64,000 nucleotides of DNA from Epiperipatus broadwayi. Taxonomy: Eukaryota > Animalia > Onychophora. The notes beneath the pieces were generated by a model. The model was not told the origin of the DNA. It searched no databases and was given only the letters and a program-made list of their open reading frames with translations. The position numbers and the translations under genes were made by a program. Numbering within the stretch: position 1 is the stretch's first letter; each line of letters begins with the position of its first letter. This document shows positions 1-12,801 of this stretch, piece by piece. The DNA lies in assembly GCA_028023455.1 (NCBI GenBank), contig JAQFVV010000002.1, positions 22,444,001 to 22,508,000 of the forward strand, read 5' to 3'.

Positions 1-1760
1 TTGAGCCACTCTTTACTACTGATCTGTTATTACCTCAAATCTACACTAACTAATTCAATCAAATCATTTTAGTTGCTTCCTCTCTCTCCTCTTCCTTTAC
101 AATGGAGATAAGGGGTATCTGTTTACAATCTAATTTGTATGCAACCAGCTTTATTTGCATACACATTCTATTCTAATTAAATCTGTAATTTGGGATGCTC
201 TCTCGAACGAATTTCTAGAGTAATTTTCTCCAAAAAAAAATGAAGAAATCTTTGTGTATTTACAAGAATAAATAATCTTTTATTTATGTATATGGTTTTA
301 TAATTTTACAATGAAAACAAGGATTGAATATTAAATGTATAATTTTCACTCTTTCAAGAAATATTATTGTCATTTATCTTACAGTAATAAGATTTTATTA
401 TTTATGGTGATAAAGACCAACTAAAGAATAAATTTTCTTTCCTATTAAAGGTTTTGATACTGAACAGTTGCTTTTCATTGTTTTTTATTTATGATTTAGC
501 AATTATGTAATATTTAAAAGAATCTTAGTATCATTTTTAGCTAAGTAAAGAATTCATTAATGCTTTCAAAGGTAACCTTTATTAATAAAAGATTACAAAA
601 AATTTTTGGGTACACTTACCCATTGAGGATTACACAGTGTTCAATGTAACAAGGTAAATTCATATGTTCAAAAACAATTACATCCATAAAAATTGCTGTA
701 ATATGATTAATGTGTATCTGTACGTGAATCCACATGGCCCAGCTGTCGAGAAATTAACTATCACCCAATGATCCCACCCTTGGGACCTGAAGCAAAGACC
801 CAAATGCTTCAGCTGAATAGGTGGTAAAGTCCATCATTGCACCAACTACCATAACAGGCAGCGAGGTCCAAGGCCCAAGTTCACCAAGCAATAAACTCTC
901 GACCCACAGACAAGCCATGTCAAGACCATTCCAGATATCTCTGCCTCCCAATTAGCAGTCCAAATGTGCAGGGATCACAATCGGTATACCTGCCCAAAAT
1001 TGGAAAGCCAACTTGGGAAAAAACTAAAAAGTAATAAGTAATGAGCCAGATCGACACTGCTCAAAACCAGCCTATCAAGGGGCACAGCAGCCGACCAGAG
1101 CAGGAATAGCACTGAAACTTTGACCATGCACTCTCCCGGCAGGTATTCCAGGTAGTGGCAAATTATCAACAGCCCACACCATAAACCAGACACCTAACAT
1201 CTGCCACCAACCACCCCCAAGAAAGAAAAGAGAGTTCAGACCAATGCCCACAAAATATTAGGACAAAACTCCATCAATGTTACAAAAATTGGTGGTGGCC
1301 CAAAGCAGACCAACTGCCTTACAAATGCATTAAATTTAAAGCTAACAAATGAAACCTAATAATAGTGAGTGCAAATCAATACTGACCTATCAAATAATCT
1401 ATCAAAGGGTGCAGTAGCCCTTCACGGTGAAGTCCATGTGAAGTTAGTGACTTTCACCCTTCCGGCAGATATTCCCAGGTTAGACAATGATTGTCAACCA
1501 CCCTCAAATGAACCAAGCCCCTTATGACCACTATCACCACACTTGAGGAAAAGGAGTGCAAACTCACACCCAACAATACAACATTTAATTCATGTAGTTG
1601 CATAGAATATTCATAGGTTGAATAGTTAGTTATTATATAGTAGTAATTTAATAATATGTATATATAGAGAGAGATAGCTCAAAAATAAAATATTTTGAAT
1701 AATTCTATTACTATTTGAAATAAAAAATATATAACAATTTTTTTTTCATTTTTATTTTAG

Positions 1761-1885
1761 CTGAACCTAAAAGTGGGCAAGATTTTTTTTACATTGATGA
1801 AAAAACTGGTGATGTGTTTGTGAATAAATCATTAGATAGAGAAATTGATATTGATGGTAATGGAGCCTACGCTTTCACTGTAATG
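1761..1885 (+). CDS. Cad88C: Cadherin (Cad88C/CDH23-like) internal exon 1 of 14 in window
   Basis: ttttag|CT...ATG|gtaaat; xEPKSGQDFFYIDEKTGDVFVNKSLDREIDIDGNGAYAFTVM, cadherin LDRE motif; phase 1 to 0. Orthology rests on recalled motifs and needs BLAST. Confidence 0.9.
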
Positions 1886-1941
1886 GTAAATAAAAGATAA
1901 ATATTTCAGATATTGTATAATACTTCAGTAAAAAAAAAAAT

Positions 1942-2205
1942 AGGCAAAACTCTCCATACAGTGGTGCCACTCAGTGCAAGCCAGAGTAATCAATGGATAC
2001 CAGGAGGCTTGTGCATAAAATCCCTATCTAGTGCCTACTCATCCAATATCCCCAGATGAGTTTCTAGCTTGTAGCTTTTATCAGTGAGGAGCCTTGGATC
2101 TGAGAGCATTGCACCTACTGTATGGAGAGTTTTGCCTGTTTTAATAATAGTTATGAGCAGGCATAAGAAATAGTGATCATGTGATGTTTAATGGTTTAAT
2201 ACTTC
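1942..2205. mobile_element. Family A HHR-bearing non-autonomous element with 21-bp fold-back arms and one-sided tail
   Basis: aggcaaaactctccatacagt (1942-1962) and its inverse (2117-2137); homologous to 4821, 8735, 57075, 57555; degenerate HHR on - strand at 2051-2088. Confidence 0.75.
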
Positions 2206-3579
2206 AATAAGCAATTTGTGAAATGAAAAAATGTCTATATCTTTCTAACTTTCTTTGTTTGCCTGCTTATCTCTTTATCAATTTTTGAATATTTTGTTTT
2301 ACTTATTTTATAGAATAAAACTATTAAATTAGTATGTACTTTATAAATTACATTTAATTATTAATAAGCTGCCCTTTACCATTTAATATAAGGGATATGT
2401 ATTGAACCATAATATAAATTCATATAAAAAGTAATTATATAAAACAACATTCTAGTGTAGTTAGTTAATCTGTCGAATAAAAGTATAATCCTCTTAGGAG
2501 GCTTATATGTTATAATCATAATATTATTTATTTAAAACAGGTATTGGTAATTAAAGCAGTTTTCCTATTTGATCTTTAATGTTATGAGGTTGTTGTCATT
2601 CTTTACTATTTCAGACATCATAAATGAGGAAGGACATGTGCTATTAAATGGAACTATAAGCTTAATAGCAACAACAAATTCAAACATTGACAAGTGGAAG
2701 CTGATAAATAGATAACGTTAATAATAGAAAAGCACATAAATAAAATTCTGGATTTCCTAGTGTTAAAAATATACTTGCATGGTGTATTAAATGTATTTTT
2801 GAGGATTGTGTGGCTTTTCTCTAACAGTGTGAACTTTGGATAAGTGAATGACATCCCAATGAAAACTTTGTAAAAGTACCCACAAATATTCTGTTATTTT
2901 GAGAGCTAATCTTTCCACTGAAAGAAATACATTTTACAAGGGTGATCTGAAAGCTCAAAAGGATAACAAAACAGATTTGAAGTTCATGAAATCCCAAAAC
3001 ATTAAAATATGTTGCAAAAAATCTGAATCTTTTTAAATTAAATATTAACTAAAACTAAGTATAAAAAATATGGATATACAGTTGATGTGCAAATGGCAAT
3101 TTAAAACATTAGTTAAAAAGCGAACTTCCTTAGTATTTTTAATGCACTATATATGTATGGTTTAATAACTGATTTTTGCATATCTTCTTGTATTAAATAT
3201 TTAATCTTAATTTTAACATTGTTTTCTTTATTAATGTTTAGAGATTATCGCAGATCAGATGATATTTGAAATTTTAGAATTAAGCATATTGAATCAACTA
3301 TTTTGTCAGGTTAAATTGTTTTTACTATAATTAATTAGGAAATTATTTTTGATTAATCTAGGATCTGTTGGCATTATTATTGGCACACAAAGATATTATT
3401 GGTCAAATGAGTTTGAATCATAAATAATTTTATGTGCAGCATCTAATCTCCTAATTAGACTTAATTGCATCATGTGGTCGTTATTCAGAATCAATATATT
3501 TGATTAATTGATTAAAATGTGTTATAAATATGTAAGTATGTGTATATAATATTTGAACACGTTAATGTACATATATACA

Positions 3580-3965
3580 TATAATTATAAGGGACTTGAA
3601 CTCAGACTTTCAAATTCTTTACAGCTATCCAGTTCATCTTATACAACCAATACACATGACCACATATATGTGAAAAAGATAAGTGATCTCCAATATGCGT
3701 ATTTCATGCTGAAACAGCACTCATCAGTTGGTCCAGATCACCATCTCCTACACATACATACAACCAGTGCTCAGTATATATTAAAATACCAAATTTTGAA
3801 ACTTTAATGGACAAGTTTCAATTTTCTCCATTCTCCGTTTCAGGCATCCATATCATTGAAAATCTGAGGATGCAACACTCAAAATCCTTGATGATGCCAA
3901 TATTATTGTCATACCCATGTTGATCTAAAGTCAATCTGACCTTAATATGTCCATTTAATTATACA
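3580..3965 (-). mobile_element. Family B HHR-bearing element (about 380 bp)
   Basis: Aligns with 52350-52720 and 60038-60680. Confidence 0.8.
3690..3731 (-). ncRNA. Minimal type I hammerhead ribozyme, family B
   Basis: rc: ccaa CTGATGA gtgctg-ttt-cagcat GAAA tacgca TA^ ttgg; core and three helices present. Confidence 0.75.
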
Positions 3966-4820
3966 GAATAGGAATGGGCAGGAATACAGGCTGAATATGT
4001 AGTATTTAAATACATGTATATTTTCTATATATATATTGATTTTATCTTTGATATAAAATCATATTGGGTATAAATATTACTTTGTTGATTTTTCAATTAA
4101 AAATTGTTATTAAATTCAAACTTGTCTCATTAAATTTTACTCTCAAATATATGTTCTGTATCTGTATCTGCATGTAATATATATATGTGTGTATAATTAC
4201 AGCCATTTAAATATAAAATTAGATGTTCAAACTCTGTGTTAGCAAACTGAGTGAGAGTTGGGGTATAGACATGTAAGAGTATCTGTGTGAGATAAGCAAA
4301 ATTATTTCTTGATTATAAATCAAATTAATGTGTGACAGTAATAAAATTATGGATTAAATATGCATTATATCATTAATGATGGGATCCTGGCAGCCAGAAC
4401 TACAGTAATTAGTATTTAAAAATTTAGGCATATGTTAATAGACAACAATTAACCACTCATTAGTCTGTTTAAAGAGCTCATTTGAGTCTTGGAATTTAAA
4501 TTGGCTATTATCACTGGAAAATTAAAATTTATCCTCATGTTTATCGTTCTAGCTCCATTTGCTCAGCCAGCACATATAGTGTTGGCTGAGTAATCTAATA
4601 AAGTGGATGTCTGAAATATTTATCAACAATATTTGGGTCATTGATCGGGACCAAAGGTTACATATAAAGTTGAAAGTAATATTGTATTTAATATACAGAA
4701 TATAATTATATCTCAACCAAATTTTTTTTACATTATGCATGCGATATAATGTGTTTTTTTATCTATTTAAGTAAGTGTTAAATTTTAGAAATATAAATTT
4801 GTAAGCGCTTTGTATAATAG

Positions 4821-5190
4821 AACAGGCAAAACTCTCTATACATGTTGCCACTCCCTGCAAGCCAGAGTAATCAATGGATGCCAGAAGGCTTGTGCATAAA
4901 ATCCCCATCTAGTGCCTATTCATCCAATATCCCCAGACTAGTTTCTAGCTTGTGGCCTTCATCAGTGAGAAGCCTTGAATTTGAGAGCACTGCACCTAGA
5001 TTTTAGGATCTAATGCAACCCACAAGCCAGAAACTAGTCTGGGGATATTGGATGAGTAGGCACTAGATGGGGATTTTATGCACAAGCCTTCTGGCATCCA
5101 TTGATTACTCTGGATTACACGGAATGGCAATATGTATAGAGAGTTTTGCCTGTTTTAATAAGTTATATGCAAGCATAAGAAATGGTAACT
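4821..5190. mobile_element. Family A fold-back element
   Basis: Inverted arms about 4821-4950 and 5025-5154; tail continues on the right only. Confidence 0.8.
4932..4969 (-). ncRNA. Minimal type I hammerhead ribozyme, family A
   Basis: rc: ctca CTGATGA aggc-cacaa-gcta GAAA CTAG TC^ tggg; GUC triplet; palindromic ACTAGT stem III. Confidence 0.75.
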
Positions 5191-5283
5191 TTGTATAATA
5201 AATGTAATGGTTATTAAAGTAGGCATTAATCATCATCCTCCTATTTTTTCTGCCAACAAATGTTTTGCCATTGTCTTCAAAGT

Positions 5284-6078
5284 CATCACCATTTTCAACC
5301 ATTATCATTCACTGCAGAATGAAACTCTTCAAGTTTAATCCAATTTCTTCAATTTCTAATATTTCCCCACATCACATCAGCAAACTTCCTTATTTCATCC
5401 ATCCATTTCATATGTGATTTCTTTCTAGGGCTTTTGTAATCTATTGAGATATGATTTAAGAGTTCAACTATCCATCAATTGTTATCTCTTCTAGCAATAT
5501 ATCCATCCCATCTCCATTACAATTTATTTATTTCAATGACATAGTGATACCTGTTTATTCTCTTATCTATGTATTTCATTTTCAATCCCTTCTTGTTACT
5601 CCTAATATATATCTCTTCATACTTTATTGAGTGGTCAGGTGTCTTTGCTCTTCTATTGAGTCAGATCTGATAAAAACATATTTATTAAAAACCTTTTCAA
5701 ATGCACAGACATATTTCCTTTTAATATTAAGTAACTTCTATTAAAAATGTTTTATCTAAGTTTAATTCTGGGTTTAATTTCATCCATTATGTTTCCATGG
5801 GTATTAATAATCTGGACAAAATATTTTTAATTGTTAATCTTTTGTAATTCATGATTATCAATTTTCATTTTCTTCTTCTGAGAAAATCCATTGAACATTA
5901 GTCAATTTATCTGAAAACTCTTGCACTATAACTTGCAAAAATAACCATGTCATCTGCAAAATCTAGATGACTTAAATTATCTATTAGCTTCCCAATTTAA
6001 TCCACAAAACATTTTTTGTAAAACTGCTTTAAAAAGGTTTGGAAATAAGGAATCATCTTGTCCATACCTTCTTAGTAC
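5284..6078 (-). mobile_element. Decayed RTE-clade LINE (RT 3' half and tail)
   Basis: Minus strand shows an LSHLDFADDMV-type RT motif near 5950-5980; 3' end homologous to 19860-20107. Confidence 0.8.
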
Positions 6079-6227
6079 CATTATATTATCTGGTCATTAT
6101 CATTGCAGTTTGATACCTATTCGGTACTTGGGAAATTACTGTCCTGCCACTGCTAGAGACGTCATTTCTGCAAAAATTTCAGAAATATTCAAAGTAGGGG
6201 CCCAAAAGCAGACAACGCAATTTCCAG

Positions 6228-6241
6228 CCACTAGATGGCGC
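6228..6241 (+). promoter_or_regulatory. Candidate CTCF-binding motif
   Basis: CCACTAGATGGCGC within a GC-richer, CpG-retaining patch (6120-6400). Confidence 0.45.
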
Positions 6242-6855
6242 TGTTCACCATGTGTACGCACAGGAACATTATGCCAAGTAGCAGCCAGCACTACTGCCCG
6301 CTTGGTGGAGCTGTTAGCCATAGGTAAACCCATCCAGTTTACATCGTCTGCTAAACAGCAAATATCCAGCAATCTAGCCCACTAGGTAGGACTGTAGACA
6401 GTATTCTAGGTCTATATCTATATCCATTCAGTCAGACAATAACGATATTGTTATAATTGCTAAAGATATGATGAGACATTAATAAATTAAAATGTTTAGT
6501 TAGTTCAAGTATAAAAACAGTATAATAACAAATTTTTTTAATACCTATCATTTTAATATATATCATCATCCTTGTAAATAAGTATAGGTCCCCTAACACA
6601 CATATTGTACTTTATGTATGTCATTTTTTTCTGATTACATGTTGATAATTGAATGTTAGAAACTATCATTTTTCAATACAATCTTTTTTTCGATATGGTT
6701 CAATTATTTTTCAAAACTTTTTTTATACACTATTTTTTTTCCTAATCTTCCATGCAAAACATTAAAAAAATCATTTGCTTTCTTAACTGTACTATCGATT
6801 ATTATTAGACACTTAATTTAAAGTTGTATTTTATTGAATTTTATTTTATTTTTAG

Positions 6856-7053
6856 GCTAAAGAAGTTTCCAACCCTCCCATTTCGAATGAAGCACTTACT
6901 ATGACAAATGTAACAGTTATTATAGAAGACGTTAATGATTGTCCTCCTACGTTTTCTGCCAATAAATATTTTGCCATTGTTCCTGAAAATACTCAGCAGA
7001 ATATACCTATTCAGTTGATCAATAATGAGATTGTTGTAATTGATAAAGATATG
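6856..7053 (+). CDS. Cad88C: Cadherin exon 2
   Basis: tttag|GCT...ATG|gtaag; AKEVSNPP...IIEDVNDCPPTF...PENTQQ...VIDKDM; DxNDxxP linker; 66 codons. Confidence 0.93.
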
Positions 7054-7996
7054 GTAAGATCTTAGTATATTAAACTATTTTATTTGGTATGCAATCACTC
7101 ATATAATAAAATCAAAGGGATTGAAAATCAAAACATTTTAAACTTTCTACAATAATTTGTATTTAAATTAGAAACCCTAAAAATAACACTTTAGATAATA
7201 AGCAGTAAATATATTTGGCCAATCATAATGCTAGTCTGCATTGTCTTCGTAATCATTCCAAGATTAGTAATCTAATATTTTCATTGCTCACAGAAATTAT
7301 TAAAAAGATTAATGACAAAAAAGTGTGAATCATATTTTGATCAATCATAAATTTTTTACTTAATTGCTGCGAGATTATTTTAAAAATATTTTAGTCACAG
7401 ATTTTTTCTTTTTTTTTTTTTAAGAATAAAGTTTTTAATATTGAAATATATATTGAAAGGATTGTAGTTATTTAAAATGTATATTAAAAGTAAAAATCGT
7501 TACCAAATAAAAAATTTTCATTTAACAAAAGAAATTTAATTAATGTGAACTATAATTAAATTTACTGAATTGAAATGGAATTAATCGGATTGAGAATAAA
7601 CTCATCACCTGTAACCTCTCCATTGGCTAAAATATTCCAGATATAACAAAAGAAAGTGAAAAGGGTAAAACCTATAGCAGAACAAAAAACATTCTTTTTG
7701 CTTCATTTGTAAACCACTTTAGTCAGCAGGGAACATCTTTTCTCTGGATCTTGGCTCCTGTAGATAACCAAGCCATCTAGGGACTAGGAACAGATTGTCC
7801 CAATCTTATTATATTTATAGTATACCTCAAGTGCCGCAAAGATTAAAATAGTAGAAACCTACTTACTATTCTATGAGTATCTAGTATGTTATACAATGCT
7901 AGACTGTAATTAAATGAGTATTGTTCATTTTATTAACTTGAATTATATATATATAATAATAGACTGTAATCCAATGAGAATTGTTCATTTATTAAC

Positions 7997-8113
7997 TATA
8001 TGGGATTCGAACTCGGACTTTCACATGACCTACAACTCTCAGTGCCATTTTATATTGCTGACCCACCTGATCATTGTATGTCATATGAAAGTCTGAGTTC
8101 GAATCCCACATAT
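7997..8113. repeat. Fold-back of family B end with tRNA B-box
   Basis: Arms 8001-8029 and 8080-8108 containing gagttcgaatccc; preceded by a ~39-bp direct duplication (7891, 7960). Confidence 0.65.
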
Positions 8114-8734
8114 ATTGCATATATATATAAATAAATAAATGCAGGTGTAAGTCTGTACTTGAATTATGTAAATGTTCTATAATTAAAATAGAGTAATTAT
8201 AAACATTTTGTGTTGCTTGTTTATTGTGTCCTCCATTATGCCATGAAAATTAGTTACATTCTTACTCCTAATTAAAATAGGGCTTTTCTTATAAGAGAAT
8301 TAGGAGCTAAGAACATTGCAAATATTAATTATCAAATAGGTTGGTTGTGCTTATGAATAGAAGAGTTATAATTTATTACTTTAACTTGCAGGTGATGATT
8401 CAGATTAAACACAATTATTATTAAAAATTATTTTGACATTAATTAAAGATCACATTCAATATAATTCTATCATGGTCACTGAAATTAATATGTGATTGTT
8501 CTTCTAATTTGTTTTTCAGAACATATAGCAGTATTTGTTATAAGTAGTGCTAATTTTAGAATCAAGATCCAATTTGTCTTGAGGCTGGAAAAGGTTTTCT
8601 CTTCGGGATGGATCTAAGCAGATGGAGGCTGAACTGAGTTCAGATCTGTATGATTACACATTGAAAACATCATTGTGTTTTCATTTTGGACTCAAAGCTT
8701 TATAGATAATTAAAAAAGTAAAAAATGGCTACTG

Positions 8735-8990
8735 GAGGATTGCATTAGAGCCTAATATCTAGGTGCAGTGCGTTAGATCCAAGGCTCTTCACTGATGAAC
8801 ATCACAAGCTAGAAACTAGTCTGGGGATTTTGAATGAGTAGGCACAAGATAAGGATTTTATGCATAAACCTTACTGTATCCATTGATTACTCTGGTTTGC
8901 ACTGAATGACACTACTGTGTGAAAAGTTTTACCTCTGTGAAAACAGCTTGTGAAAGAATAAAAAATGGTGATCATGTGATAATTATTGAT
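8735..8990 (+). mobile_element. Family A element, HHR-sense orientation, unfolded
   Basis: Homology to other A copies; HHR 8788-8825: ttca CTGATGA acatcacaagcta GAAA CTAG TC^ tggg (stem II eroded). Confidence 0.75.
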
Positions 8991-10618
8991 TTAAAAGCAT
9001 TATATTTTCTTTTTTTATTTACTTGGTCCTGCAAGTAATTTATTAAAAAGTACTGAAAGTGTATTTGAATAAGAACATGATTGCTAATACTTAAAGAGAC
9101 TTATTGTGTACGAGTTAGTTCATCCCTTTGCTTTGCTCTCAATCTGCAGTTTAAATTTGGGCTAGATAAAACTTGAAAGTTTTTGGGATAAGATTTTTTT
9201 TCTTCCCATAAACAACACATAGCCAATGCAGAGTATTGGCTTTGACGTATAGTGTAAAACTATGGTGGAAAGTTTACAAACATTTCACCACATATTTGAC
9301 AAACCTGATAATGTCTTCTTTTTCATTGTTACATTTGGACCTCTCTTGCAGATGCTGTTGTGTTGCAGTAGTCTCTTTATAAGCTCTTTTACCTTTATTA
9401 AAAGATTGACTTGTTTCTTTATATAGTAAATCCTTTCACTAAGTAAAAGTTTTGATTTTTTAAAATCAAGAATCTCAAGTCCACTTATGTTGTATTTTAT
9501 ATTCGCATTCCAGAGCAATAAATCACTGTACTTAACAAGCACAATTTATTTAACACAATTAAATATTTGCCTAGGGTTGGATTAGAAAAAATATATATGA
9601 ATTTGATTTTATTGAATATTTTTTTATAGTCTCAATGTGAAAGGTTTATCATTTTATAATATATTAGGTCCTTTGCCCTATGTGGTTGGTGCAGTTGTGG
9701 AATAGTAGATTCTGGAGCTCAAAATCTACAGACTTCAGCTCGGTTCCATTAAGTAGGTGGTATTTAAAATAAAAAATTTTGATAGGAGTGCAATTTAGTA
9801 AGATTTGCTTTAAAAACTGCTTCGTTTATCTTTATTTTTACCCACACTTTTTGATGGGAGCTTATATACAGATAAACACGAAAATCATAGTCATAAACAT
9901 TTTTCAAATACTTTCTTCTATATCTTCAACACTTCTTATTTCCAATATGATCCAGAGACATAGCATATATAAAATACATATATATTGCTTATTTTCTTAA
10001 AAAAAACTTATCTATTTGTCACTGAATTATTTTATTAATATCACTTTTATGATATTTCAACAACAGCATATGGCCTTTATCAAAAGACTGCAAAAAATAT
10101 ACACAAATATATATAATAACGGCCCAAGCTTATTTAAACCATGTTAAATGTGTTGTCAAGGCAACCTCTATAATTAAAAATGGATTTGACTTTTCATTCT
10201 GATGTAAGATCTTAATGTAGACAAAGAGAACTGGCATAGAACTGTAACATGTTGATTTTTATTCTTATATAAACTGTGCTAAACAGGCAAATATAATCTG
10301 TTTTGAAAGCAGGCTAATAAATAGCCATTTTTAAAACTTTCAAACACTACCTTTATTCAATATTACTTACACAATATATTTGATTATACACAAAGCTAGG
10401 CAGTTTATAATCTATGTAAGTAAAAAAAAGATTCCATCTTTAATTTTCATCTTAATATAGATAAAAAGAGTTGGCCAAGGACTTGTAACAGACTGAGAGA
10501 CAAATATCACCTATTTTGAATATATGTATATTAACATGAATTGCTTACAGTTAACTGGTTTCCAAATGTAATTCACATAATAATAATCAAAGCTTAATTT
10601 ACAAATAAATATCTATAA

Positions 10619-10693
10619 TCTATTGTCAAGGCAACTTCTATAGATAAATAATGGAATCCATCTTTTATCTATAAAGATTGCCTTGACAACAGA
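10619..10693. repeat. Short hairpin of a repeated ttgtcaaggcaac element
   Basis: ttgtcaaggcaac...tatagataaa and inverse tttatctata...ttgccttgacaa; related copies at 10152 and 53999. Confidence 0.55.
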
Positions 10694-12648
10694 TTGTGAA
10701 TATTCTATTGGTTTTTTAAGGTTAGGCTGCATGTGTATACACACACACATCTACATATGAAAGACAAATTCTCAAACTAAAAAAAAAAATCAATATTAAT
10801 CAAATTATATTAATGTTTTAAATATTAACCTCATGTACAAACTGCACTCTATATGTAACATATATATTTCTCAATTTTCCTTGCTTTTTTTTAATTTTTT
10901 TTTTTTTTAAAAATTAACATAGGGATAATAAATATTCAACATTTTTGAAAAAATATGTATGTGTATTAATCAAAGGTATAGGTCTTAATCAAAGGTTAGG
11001 TTTTTATTTTATAAATTTCACCAGAATGTAGATGTTTACTTTTATTCTATCTAACATCATCCATTCTTATCATTTTCATTTTATCTTCTTCAAAATATTA
11101 TTACTAATTACTTCAAAATAATATTACTGTATATTTTGAAAATTTATTTTAGTCAATATAGATTGAAATAATAAAATGCATATGAAACCTTCAAATAAAG
11201 TTCTATCATTAACATCAATTTTATTTGATAACTTTTAAAATATCCCCCTTTTTTTCCCTTTAAAATTTATCCAAATAAATATCAATAATCTCTTCCACAT
11301 TCTCATCACCTTCTTCTTTTCAAAATGGTCCAGAGACACAGTATGCATATAAAATACACACATACTATTTTTTTTTTTTAAAAAAAAAAAAAATTGATTA
11401 TTTTTTACAAAATAATTCTTTATTAGTATGCTTTTTTTTTTTGGCATTTAAATTACATGATATAATTTTTGGTGCTCTTTTAGTACACGATCTCCACCAT
11501 TTTGAATTTCAAAAATGACCAAAAACGTCTTCTGACACATGTGATAAAAAAGTATGCGAAAATGCAAAACATTTAGAACTCGGGTCACATGATTAATTTG
11601 AAAAAAAGCCAAAACTTATTATTATAATAATTTTTGTTAAAAAAAAGAAAATAGAGAAAATGGAGAAATATACATTGTAACAGTATGGAAAAATAGGGGT
11701 GCACCTGGTGGGTTGGCACTCATCAACCCATTTAATACACTAATCTAAATTTGGTACCCTAAATTTAAATATACAAATATATAATGAATATAAATGAATA
11801 GAATATAATGAGCATGAGAGATCAGCAAAAAAAAACTATAAGTTCACCAGCATTACAAAGAATAATGATCATTCATCATCAAAATGATAAAAAAAATAAA
11901 ATCAACAGTCAACCTTGTAACTGGATTTGAAAGTGGTCCACTATAGACCAGGCTAATTATTTAGCTTTTTCCAAACTTGGGTCAGATTGTATAAACAATA
12001 ATTTGGATGCACAAATTTAAATGGTAATCCACCAAAATATAAAAAATAAATAAAAAATAATGCTGGAATACAGAAACATGCTGATCATCATCAATACCCT
12101 GGCCAGGTAGTACCATTAATGTACTGGCCAACTAAATAAAGTGTAGTGTATGGACTTTAAAGGATATCTATTTTTATCAACCAGGATCATCATCATCTGG
12201 ATGTTCATAACACTAAACATAAATTTAATCGATATAACACCATTATACACAAATCCAGCTCAATGAGCAAAAGCTCTACAAATGTTACTGTGAGCAAGAA
12301 ATAATGCCAACATATAATAATTTATAATATTTCAAATCTATTTTAATATAGAATGAATTCACTGGAATAACTAAATGGAATATAAATTTGTTAATTAGAA
12401 ACAATAATAATAAAAGTGAAATTAAGGTCTGCTAAGTATGCTGTAAATATAAATTCAGCATTCTGATGTTGATTCAAATAATATAAAAAAATGCTATTAC
12501 ATTATAATTTACATACATAAAGACATATATATCAGCACACAGATGGTTGAATCTTATACAAATCTTGCTTATATATATATATGGGTTTGTGTGTGTGTAA
12601 TGTATTAGCTTACATATGCAAAAATTTTAATTTTGTAATTTTTTTTAG

Positions 12649-12801
12649 GGCAAAAATGCCAAATTTCAAGTTTTGATTAAAGATGATGGTGGGGCCTTTG
12701 ATGTAACTCCAACTCAAGCAATGAGTGAAGCTATATTTCTTATTAAAGTCAAAAACAGTTCAATTTTAAATTATGATGAAAGGAAAAGTATCACATTTAA
12801 G
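12649..12801 (+). CDS. Cad88C: Cadherin exon 3
   Basis: ttttag|GGC...AAG|gtattt; GKNAKFQVLIKDDGGAFDVTPTQAMSEAIFLIKVKNSSILNYDERKSITFK. Confidence 0.92.
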
